A DNA stretch of 47,926 nt, taken from NCBI GenBank assembly GCA_903876815.1, contig CAIRBL010000087.1, positions 1-47,926 on the forward strand. The letters run 5' to 3'. Source of the DNA: an uncultured bacterium. GTDB lineage: Bacteria; Patescibacteriota; Patescibacteriia; UBA1558; GWA2-36-10. The number at the start of each line of letters is the position of its first letter. Positions within the stretch are counted from its first letter, which is position 1. Positions 41,762-47,926 of the stretch are shown piece after piece. The position numbers and the translations under genes are program-made. A model generated the notes under the pieces. That model searched no databases. It saw only the letters and a list, made by a program, of their open reading frames with translations, and was not told the DNA's origin.

Positions 41762-43795
41762 TTAGAATAAAATAGCAATCAATAATAAAGCGACAACGTT
41801 TAAAATCTTGATCATTGGATTGACAGCAGGACCAGCTGTATCTTTGTAAGGATCGCCAACAGTGTCACCAGTAACAGCTGCCTTGTGAGCATCAGAGCCC
41901 TTGCCACCATGATGACCGCTTTCGATGTATTTTTTAGCATTATCCCAAGCGCCACCACCAGTGGTCATAGAAATAGCCACAAATAAACCGGTAACAATGC
42001 TACCCATCAAAGTACCGCCCAAAACTAACAGACCGTTATTATCGCCAAAGACTACTAAAATTAAAATTGGCACAAGCACCGGAATTAAAGCGGGGATAGT
42101 CATTTTTTTCAAAGCTCCCATAGTCACAATATCAACCGCTTTGTCATATTCTGGTTTTTCGGTGCCAGACATAATGCCTGGTTTTTCTTTAAATTGTCTG
42201 CGGACTTCTTCAACAATAGCGCCAGCAGTTTTGCCAACTGCTTCCATACACATAGCACCAAAGATATAAGGCAATAGTCCGCCGATAAACAAACCACCGA
42301 TTACATAAGGATTGTCTAGAGAGAAAATAATTTCTTTACCAATCGTTAATAATTCTTCGGTGTAAGCAGCAAATAAAACTAAAGAAGCAAGTCCAGCTGA
42401 AGCAATGGCATAACCTTTGGTTACAGCTTTGGTGGTGTTACCTACGGCATCTAGAGGATCGGTAATATCACGTACTTCTTCTGGTAGTTCGGCCATTTCC
42501 GCAATGCCGCCAGCGTTATCGGTAATTGGCCCATAAGCGTCAATAGTGACGATGATGCCAGCCAAAGATAACATGCTCATAGCAGCCACAGCAATGCCGT
42601 ATAATCCAGCAAAACTATAAGCTGCTACAATACCGATGACAATCACTAGTACTGGGAAAGCAGTAGCTTTCATACTGACGGCAAGTCCTTGAATTACATT
42701 GGTACCATGACCAGTTTCAGAAGCCTTGGCAATACTTTGGACAGGGCTGTATTTGGTAGAAGTATAATATTCAGTTAGCCAGACAATAGCAGCAGTAACT
42801 ATTAAACCAACTAAACTAGCATAATAAATATTTAAATAGCTATAATCAATTAAGTCGTTCATCAAATATTTAGTCACAAAGAAGAAAGCAACGGCTGAAA
42901 GTAAACCAGCAGCAATCAAGCCTTTGTATAAAGCCTTCATGATGCCATCGTTTTTGACGACTTGCTCAACTGTTTGTCCTTTTTTTAGTTTGATAAAATA
43001 TAAACCAATTAAAGAAGTAAAAATAGAAGTAGCACCCAAAGCTAAAGGATATAAAATAGCAGATTCCATATTGGCAAAAGTAAGGGATCCCAAAAGCATA
43101 GCAGCTACTAAGGTGACAGCATAAGTTTCAAATAAATCAGCAGCCATACCAGCACAATCACCGACATTATCGCCGACATTGTCAGCTATTACCGCTGGAT
43201 TGCGAGGATCATCTTCGGGAATACCAGCTTCTACTTTACCAACTAAGTCAGCGCCTACGTCAGCAGCTTTAGTGAATATTCCGCCACCCAAACGAGCGAA
43301 AACAGAAATCAAACTGCCACCAAAACCTAGACCAACTAAATGTTTGACCGTAAAAGCCGGAATCATATATAAGCCAGCTACTCCTAATAATGCTAAGCCA
43401 ACGACTAACATGCCGGTGACGGCACCACCTAACACAGCCAGTTTTAAGGCTGGTTCAATGCCATTTCTAGCTGCTTCAGAAACACGAACATTAGTGCGCA
43501 CAGAAATGTTCATACCAATGATACCAGCGGCAGCTGAAAAAGCAGCGCCAATTACAAAGGCAAGCGCTGTCCACCAGTCAATCAAAAAGCCTAAGATCAA
43601 AAACAAAGGGCCAGCAATATAAGCGATAGTTTTATATTGGCGTGTGAGGAAGGCTTTAGCGCCACTTTGAATAGCGTCAGCTATATTTTGCATTTTTTCA
43701 TTGCCACGAGATTTTTTTAAAATCAATTGGATCATTACTGCGCCAAAGATGATAGACACCAAGGCGGCTAGTATTGCAATTAATGTTACATTCAT
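41762..43795 (-). CDS. hppA: Membrane-bound proton-translocating pyrophosphatase
   Basis: [27 protein letters not shown] and [13 protein letters not shown] motifs. About 16 TM helices. Confidence 0.9.
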   Translation of the reverse strand: MNVTLIAILAALVSIIFGAVMIQLILKKSRGNEKMQNIADAIQSGAKAFLTRQYKTIAYIAGPLFLILGFLIDWWTALAFVIGAAFSAAAGIIGMNISVRTNVRVSEAARNGIEPALKLAVLGGAVTGMLVVGLALLGVAGLYMIPAFTVKHLVGLGFGGSLISVFARLGGGIFTKAADVGADLVGKVEAGIPEDDPRNPAVIADNVGDNVGDCAGMAADLFETYAVTLVAAMLLGSLTFANMESAILYPLALGATSIFTSLIGLYFIKLKKGQTVEQVVKNDGIMKALYKGLIAAGLLSAVAFFFVTKYLMNDLIDYSYLNIYYASLVGLIVTAAIVWLTEYYTSTKYSPVQSIAKASETGHGTNVIQGLAVSMKATAFPVLVIVIGIVAAYSFAGLYGIAVAAMSMLSLAGIIVTIDAYGPITDNAGGIAEMAELPEEVRDITDPLDAVGNTTKAVTKGYAIASAGLASLVLFAAYTEELLTIGKEIIFSLDNPYVIGGLFIGGLLPYIFGAMCMEAVGKTAGAIVEEVRRQFKEKPGIMSGTEKPEYDKAVDIVTMGALKKMTIPALIPVLVPILILVVFGDNNGLLVLGGTLMGSIVTGLFVAISMTTGGGAWDNAKKYIESGHHGGKGSDAHKAAVTGDTVGDPYKDTAGPAVNPMIKILNVVALLLIAILF

Positions 43796-43827
43796 AAGTT
43801 TTAATTAATTATTTATAAATATTTTAA

Positions 43828-45048
43828 TTATTCTTGTTCTTCTTCATCTTCATCATCATCCTCATTTGCTTCAGTCAAATTTTCATCTGTTTCTTCAGGG
43901 GATTTTTTGGCTTTTTTTGTCTCGCCATCAGCATTAGGATTGATATCTATTTTCCAGCCCACCAAGCGCGCAGCCAAACGTACATTTTGTCCGCTTTTAC
44001 CTATGGCTAGTGATAGCTGATCTTCATTGACCATGACGGCTGCAATTCTTGCCTCTTCGTCAATTTCAATTTTATTTACTTTGGCTGGTGATAGAGCGTT
44101 GATGATATATTTTTTAGGGTCTTCTTCCCATTGGATAATATCAATTTTCTCGCCACCTAATTCACTGATAATAGTTTGAATGCGTGATCCTTTTTGTCCG
44201 ACACAAGAACCGATTGGGTCAATGCTTTCTTCATCAGTGTGTACAGCTACTTTAGAACGAGAGCCAGCTTCACGGGCAATGCCTTTGATTTCGACACTGC
44301 CAGCAGCTATCTCTGGCACTTCCATAGCGAATAATTCTTTGACAATATCTGGGTGGGTACGAGACAAGATAATCTCTGGGCCTTTATTTGTCATGTGTAC
44401 TTTGACTACATAAAAATTGAGTCTAGCGCCAGTGTTGTAGCCTTCACGTGGAATTTGTTCTTCCGGTGGTAAGATGGCAGTTGCCTGACCTAAGTCCACT
44501 AAATAACGTCTGCCTTCACGGCGAGTGACGGTACCTAAAACTAGTGTGCCTTCTTTATCTTGATATTCATTAAAGACGTGATCGCGTTCAGCTTCACGTA
44601 AACGTTGAATAATAACTTGTTTAGCAGTTTGGGCGGCCATACGACCATATTCAGCTGGTACTTCTAGCTTGGTTTCAATCACATCGCCGATTTTATAATC
44701 GGTGTTGATAAGCCTTGCTTCAGAGAGCATGATTTCGCTACGTGGGTTAAAGCGTTTAATTTCTTCGTCTTCGTCGATATCTTCGCCAGCTTCACGGCGT
44801 TCTCTCAAGAGCTCTAGCTCTTTTTCTTGTTCTTCTAAATCAACGTCTGCAACGACTGTTTTGACATCAAACACAACGGTTTGCGCATTATCAGCGTTAA
44901 AGACTACTTTAATATTTTGGTTTTTGTCACCAAAATCTTTTCGATAAGCAGCAGCTAAGGCTGCTTCAATGGCACCAATCACAGCGTCAAGAGGAAGATT
45001 TTTTTCCTCACAAATGTGTTTGATGGCATTGGAAATTTCATTAGCCAT
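43828..45048 (-). CDS. nusA: Transcription termination/antitermination factor NusA with an acidic C-terminal tail
   Basis: NusA N-terminal, S1 and two KH domains (GxxG: GKSGQNV). Tail EANEDDDEDEEEQE. Confidence 0.9.
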   Translation of the reverse strand: MANEISNAIKHICEEKNLPLDAVIGAIEAALAAAYRKDFGDKNQNIKVVFNADNAQTVVFDVKTVVADVDLEEQEKELELLRERREAGEDIDEDEEIKRFNPRSEIMLSEARLINTDYKIGDVIETKLEVPAEYGRMAAQTAKQVIIQRLREAERDHVFNEYQDKEGTLVLGTVTRREGRRYLVDLGQATAILPPEEQIPREGYNTGARLNFYVVKVHMTNKGPEIILSRTHPDIVKELFAMEVPEIAAGSVEIKGIAREAGSRSKVAVHTDEESIDPIGSCVGQKGSRIQTIISELGGEKIDIIQWEEDPKKYIINALSPAKVNKIEIDEEARIAAVMVNEDQLSLAIGKSGQNVRLAARLVGWKIDINPNADGETKKAKKSPEETDENLTEANEDDDEDEEEQE

Positions 45049-45076
45049 TTATTTGCTTTTTAATAGTAAATTGTTT

Positions 45077-45113
45077 AAAAAATAAGCTAGTCTACTATCA
45101 GTAAACTAGCTTA
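45077..45113 (-). terminator. Strong intrinsic terminator inside the nusA leader
   Basis: The minus strand reads taagctagtttact-gat-agtagactagctta, a 14-bp stem with one G-U pair, followed by TTTTTT. It lies between the promoter and the ATG. Confidence 0.6.
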
Positions 45114-45124
45114 CAATTAAATAG

Positions 45125-45153
45125 ATTATAAGACATATTTTATTTTTTGTCAA
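45125..45153 (-). promoter_or_regulatory. Consensus promoter of nusA (TTGACA-17-TATAAT)
   Basis: On the minus strand the -35 is at 45153-45148 and the -10 at 45130-45125. Confidence 0.65.
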
Positions 45154-45165
45154 ATATCAAAGCTT

Positions 45166-45513
45166 TCAAATTTTAAAGATTATGATCTTGTGTTTTGCAT
45201 TATTTTTTTCCACTACACAAATTTCTATCTGAAAATCAGGGGATAAATTATTTTGGGCAGCAAAGATTTGATAAGTTTGAATAATATTTTTTAATTTTTT
45301 ATTAGAAATACTTTCTTCGCCAAAACCAAAAAGACGACTGGCTCTAGTTTTGACTTCTACTACCAAAATTTGATGATCTTTTTTTATAATCAAATCTAAC
45401 TCACCGTATTTTTGAGAAAAATTTTTTTCTAGTATTTCAAAACCTAATTTTTGGTAATATTGACTAGCAATTTTTTCTCCCCAAGCACCCAAATTTTTTT
45501 TATATTTTGACAT
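45166..45513 (-). CDS. YraN-family (UPF0102) endonuclease-like protein
   Basis: GAWGEKIASQYYQKLGFEIL..GELDLII..VVEVKTR pattern. ATG at 45513 is preferred over the TTG at 45522. Confidence 0.7.
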   Translation of the reverse strand: MSKYKKNLGAWGEKIASQYYQKLGFEILEKNFSQKYGELDLIIKKDHQILVVEVKTRASRLFGFGEESISNKKLKNIIQTYQIFAAQNNLSPDFQIEICVVEKNNAKHKIIIFKI

Positions 45514-45569
45514 AAAAAACAAGCCGATTATTTTAAGGGGCCTGTTATTTTATTTTTTAATTTTAGATT

Positions 45570-45977
45570 TTATGATTTTTTCTTAGGCAACCATTTTTCA
45601 AATTCAGCCTTTTCTTGTTTGAGTTTGCTTTGTAAGGGGACTTGTATTTTCCAGTAACGGATAATAAAGACTAGCCATACAAAAGCTACTAGTAATAATA
45701 GCAAAAGCCAGATACGAGAACCAAGATAAACAGCGCGTACTTCTCTAAAGAAAATTAGTAATAAACCGATCACGCCGATACTGTAGCCCCAAGTTTGAAT
45801 TTTGAGCCAAAGTTTTTTAAAACCAGCTCCAGCTTTGATTTTTTGTCCAGCTTTGATAGCGCTAATAATGGCAAAAACAAAAAATGCCAATAAGACAATA
45901 CGCATCGGCCAAGATAAGCCGGTCATGGCGTAAGGAGCAGTCAGATATTGCCAGTCAAATAATTTTCCTAAATTCAT
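45570..45977 (-). CDS. Small integral membrane protein (4 TM helices), function unknown
   Basis: Hydrophobic helices. ATG at 45977 is preferred over the TTG at 45998. Confidence 0.5.
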   Translation of the reverse strand: MNLGKLFDWQYLTAPYAMTGLSWPMRIVLLAFFVFAIISAIKAGQKIKAGAGFKKLWLKIQTWGYSIGVIGLLLIFFREVRAVYLGSRIWLLLLLLVAFVWLVFIIRYWKIQVPLQSKLKQEKAEFEKWLPKKKS

Positions 45978-46016
45978 AAATATTATTTTATTTATCAAAA
46001 GTGAATTAACTCTGGT

Positions 46017-46045
46017 ATATTAAAAGAATAGTAGACTAAAGTCAA
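46017..46045 (-). promoter_or_regulatory. Promoter (TTGACT-17-TAATAT) for the membrane-protein/yraN-like unit
   Basis: On the minus strand the -35 is at 46045-46040 and the -10 at 46022-46017. Confidence 0.5.
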
Positions 46046-46052
46046 CCCTAGA

Positions 46053-46634
46053 TTATTTGATAAAAATCAAGCCAAAATGATAAGTGCCAGCCTGAAAGGC
46101 GCTGTCTAGGCTCAAGCTCAGTTTTTGGGCGATAGCCATTACTTCCTCTTGGCTAACTTGTCTTTCTTGTGGCGGCGCAAAACTAGGATTTAAGTCTGCC
46201 CAGTCTATCACTGTCAAACGGCCGCCAGGTTTTAAAAGTCGTGTTGCTTCAGCCATCATTTCGGCATGTTTATTTGATTGGAACAAAGTATTAATAAGTA
46301 GAGCATGATCTAAACTAGCAGCTGGAATTTTGGTAGCACCAAAAATTTCTAAGTCGCTCCAAATAGTTTTGACATTATAGAGACCAGACATTTTAGCTTT
46401 TGAGTCAATTGTTGACAAAACATTTTTGACAACATCGACAGCATAAACCTGTCCTTGACTACCAACTATTTTTGCTGCTTGCATCGTAAAATAAGCAGCG
46501 CCACCAGCACCTAAGTCGGCAACTACTTGGTTATTTTGTATTTTTACTTGTTGAGATAAAATCTGATAAGCATCTAGTAAGTTATTACCACCAAAAAATT
46601 TATTGGCGGGATTTTTTTCTGTGTTTGTTTCCAT
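46053..46634 (-). CDS. Class I SAM-dependent methyltransferase
   Basis: Motif I VADLGAGGAAY and post-I YAVDV. Confidence 0.7.
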   Translation of the reverse strand: METNTEKNPANKFFGGNNLLDAYQILSQQVKIQNNQVVADLGAGGAAYFTMQAAKIVGSQGQVYAVDVVKNVLSTIDSKAKMSGLYNVKTIWSDLEIFGATKIPAASLDHALLINTLFQSNKHAEMMAEATRLLKPGGRLTVIDWADLNPSFAPPQERQVSQEEVMAIAQKLSLSLDSAFQAGTYHFGLIFIK

Positions 46635-46667
46635 ATGATTTTTGTCCGGCGTATGCCAGATTATTTA
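46635..46667 (-). promoter_or_regulatory. Conserved leader hairpin motif, copy 2
   Basis: The minus strand reads AAATAATCTGGCATACGCCGGACAAAAATCAT-ATG. It matches 4713-4746 at about 30 of 32 positions, and the C-to-U change keeps pairing only in the minus-strand RNA. Confidence 0.55.
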
Positions 46668-46710
46668 CTTTGCTTTAAGTATACTAAAAAAATAAATTTT
46701 AGGCTACTGA

Positions 46711-46746
46711 AAAATAAAAACACTCCACCAGAAGCAGAGTGTTTTT
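46711..46746 (-). terminator. Rho-independent terminator of csp
   Basis: Stem aaaaacactc / gagtgttttt (46716-46725 / 46737-46746) with a T-run on the minus strand. Confidence 0.75.
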
Positions 46747-46766
46747 ATTTTTTAACTTAAAAAATA

Positions 46767-46964
46767 TTAAGCTAAAGTTACTTTTGTAGCAGCTTGACCT
46801 TTTGGGGTGTCGCTAACTTCGAAAGTTACTTTGTCACCTTCGCGAAGTTCGTCAAAGTTTGCACCGACTAATTCGTTGGCGTGAAAAAATAAATCTTTTC
46901 CTTCGCCTTCTGGGGTGATGAAACCGAAATGTTTATCGGTTAATTTTTTGATAATTCCTTGCAT
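46767..46964 (-). CDS. CspA-family cold-shock protein
   Basis: RNP1-like HFGFI and RNP2-like LFFH motifs. 65 aa. Confidence 0.9.
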   Translation of the reverse strand: MQGIIKKLTDKHFGFITPEGEGKDLFFHANELVGANFDELREGDKVTFEVSDTPKGQAATKVTLA

Positions 46965-46966
46965 AA

Positions 46967-47025
46967 TATAGAAATCAAAAACTAATTAAGATATAGAAGT
47001 TTGAAATTCGACTTTGATTTCTATA
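46967..47025 (-). promoter_or_regulatory. Structured csp 5' UTR: a 13-bp long-range inverted repeat ending 2 nt before the AUG
   Basis: tatagaaatcaaa (46967-46979) pairs with tttgatttctata (47013-47025). Confidence 0.5.
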
Positions 47026-47068
47026 CTTGCTATATACTCTTATTTCTCGTCGCTTGATAGCGACGGGG

Positions 47069-47143
47069 TGGTGACCCCACGGGGAATTGAACCCCGGTTG
47101 CCAGGATGAAAACCTGATGTCCTAACCACTAGACGATAGGGCC
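47069..47143 (-). tRNA. tRNA-Glu (UUC), CCA encoded
   Basis: Anticodon loop TTTTCAT, T-arm CGGGG-TTCAATT-CCCCG, acceptor GGCCCTA/TGGGGTC with two G-U pairs. Confidence 0.85.
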
Positions 47144-47177
47144 TTAAAAAACATTGTTAATATCAATAACGTCCAGT

Positions 47178-47206
47178 ATCATAGCTAAAAACTATTAAAT
47201 TGTCAA
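47178..47206 (-). promoter_or_regulatory. tRNA-Glu promoter (TTGACA-17-TATGAT)
   Basis: On the minus strand the -35 is at 47206-47201 and the -10 at 47183-47178. Confidence 0.55.
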
Positions 47207-47217
47207 GGTGTGATCAT

Positions 47218-47246
47218 TTGTTTTTTCTCTATTTTGGGGATATAAT
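47218..47246 (+). promoter_or_regulatory. Promoter (TTGTTT-17-TATAAT)
   Basis: -35 at 47218-47223, -10 at 47241-47246, upstream of the 82-aa ORF. Confidence 0.45.
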
Positions 47247-47279
47247 AAGCTTATTATTAATCATTTAAAGCTTGAAACT

Positions 47280-47528
47280 ATGCAAAAACTTATCAAAATT
47301 CAATTTGGGGTTTTATTATTAGGCACTTTATTTGCTTGGGCAAATTTTGTTTGGGAGTTAGTCAGTTGGTTGCAAAAAAAAGATTGCCCCACTGGTTGTT
47401 CAGTTGGTCTAGTCAATCCATTTTTGACCCCATGTTTTTATGGTGCTTGTTTTTTCTTAATTACTTTTATTTTAAGCTGCATGATTTTGAAAGAAAGTAC
47501 CTTGCCTAGCGGCAGGCAGGAAAAATAA
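47280..47528 (+). CDS. Small 2-TM membrane protein with a CPTGC (CxxC) motif
   Basis: Two hydrophobic helices and 6 Cys, including a CxxC between the helices. Confidence 0.45.
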   Translation: MQKLIKIQFGVLLLGTLFAWANFVWELVSWLQKKDCPTGCSVGLVNPFLTPCFYGACFFLITFILSCMILKESTLPSGRQEK

Positions 47529-47530
47529 AC

Positions 47531-47926
47531 ATGCACCCGATAGAAAAATATCTAGGAGAAATAAATTCATTTTTATTTAAAGTCTTTGCCGCTTTAGCCA
47601 AAGATAAAATTGATGTTTCTAAATATGAATTAGATCATGTTTGTTATCGTGTGGAAACATTAGATAGATATGAAGAATTAAAAAAACAACTTTTAAATTC
47701 CGGGGAGCTTTTAAGTGAAAATGAGATTAACGGCCGGGCAATTGCTAATTTTAAATTAAATGAACCGATTATTTTTGCAGACAGAAAAATTTTTGGCATT
47801 GAATTACCAGCACCAAAGCTAGGAGTTTTTTTCAAAGAAGGATATGAACATGTAGAATTTGGTGTGCAAGAAACAGTTGATTATAAAAAAATTGTTAAAG
47901 AGATTCAAAAACGTTTGAATATCCAT
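47531..47926 (+). CDS. YecM-like VOC-fold protein, 3'-truncated by the window edge
   Basis: The frame is open from the ATG at 47531 to the window end, so it has no stop and is not in the track. ELDHVCYRVETLDRYEELK..IELPAPK..GYEHVEF resembles the YecM family. Confidence 0.55.
   Translation, partial: MHPIEKYLGEINSFLFKVFAALAKDKIDVSKYELDHVCYRVETLDRYEELKKQLLNSGELLSENEINGRAIANFKLNEPIIFADRKIFGIELPAPKLGVFFKEGYEHVEFGVQETVDYKKIVKEIQKRLNIH

Noticed and set aside
41925-42269. Antisense shadow ORFs inside well-supported genes (e.g. 770-1123, 1473-1712, 17161-17469, 34019-34276, 34967-35260, 41925-42269, 43179-43622, 44180-44413, 44702-44947)
   Set aside because: Each lies wholly within a CDS with strong family motifs on the opposite strand. 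Their translations are low-complexity Ser/Leu/Ile/Pro-rich strings typical of antisense frames.
47644-47835. 63-aa minus-strand ORF near the window end
   Set aside because: It lies antisense within the open YecM-like frame (47531-47926), which has recognisable family motifs.

Overview
This is a low-G+C (about one third by eye), tightly packed bacterial chromosome segment using the standard genetic code. TGA is a real stop at several ATGA start/stop overlaps. I saw no rRNA, CRISPR array, transposase, integrase or phage module.

The gene content resembles a small-genome Patescibacteria/CPR (Parcubacteria-like) organism. This is inference only. The signals are VirB2/TrbC-like 'WMTS' pilin paralogs, cohesin/dockerin surface proteins, a GH57 + GlgA glycogen locus, a membrane H+-pyrophosphatase, few Shine-Dalgarno sites and many apparently leaderless genes.

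Layout:
- 2-5735: surface locus with a dockerin-tagged repeat protein, two membrane-anchored cohesin-like proteins, a secreted M23 peptidase and a TolB-like propeller.
- 5925-10771: galU, an orphan solute-binding lipoprotein and five tandem pilin-like genes.
- 10819-11430: orphan lipoprotein.
- 11556-16673: three polytopic envelope enzymes (DUF2079-like, LtaS/sulfatase-like, GT-C-like).
- 16898-24281: one tightly coupled operon, yebC-ruvC-glgA-GH57-APH-like kinase-glgA-GalT-like.
- 24389-35754: housekeeping genes tyrS, class A PBP, uvrB, truB, rpsT, holA, polA.
- 35795-39151: two self-contained orphan cassettes flanking tRNA-Cys, tRNA-Leu and tRNA-Gly, plus an IMPase-family gene and a metallophosphoesterase.
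- 39152-47926: rarA, tig, hppA, nusA, yraN-like, a membrane protein, a methyltransferase, csp, tRNA-Glu, a small Cys membrane protein and a partial YecM-like gene.

Most interesting for follow-up:
- the cohesin-dockerin display trio;
- the pilin paralog array, including a Cys-rich fusion and a mosaic recent duplication;
- a conserved leader hairpin shared by two distant genes;
- recurrent TATAAT-N6-ATG leaderless geometry;
- promoter-proximal terminators ahead of nusA and yebC;
- orphan cassettes that carry their own SD, promoter/operator and terminator.

All family assignments come from motif recognition by eye, not from database searches.
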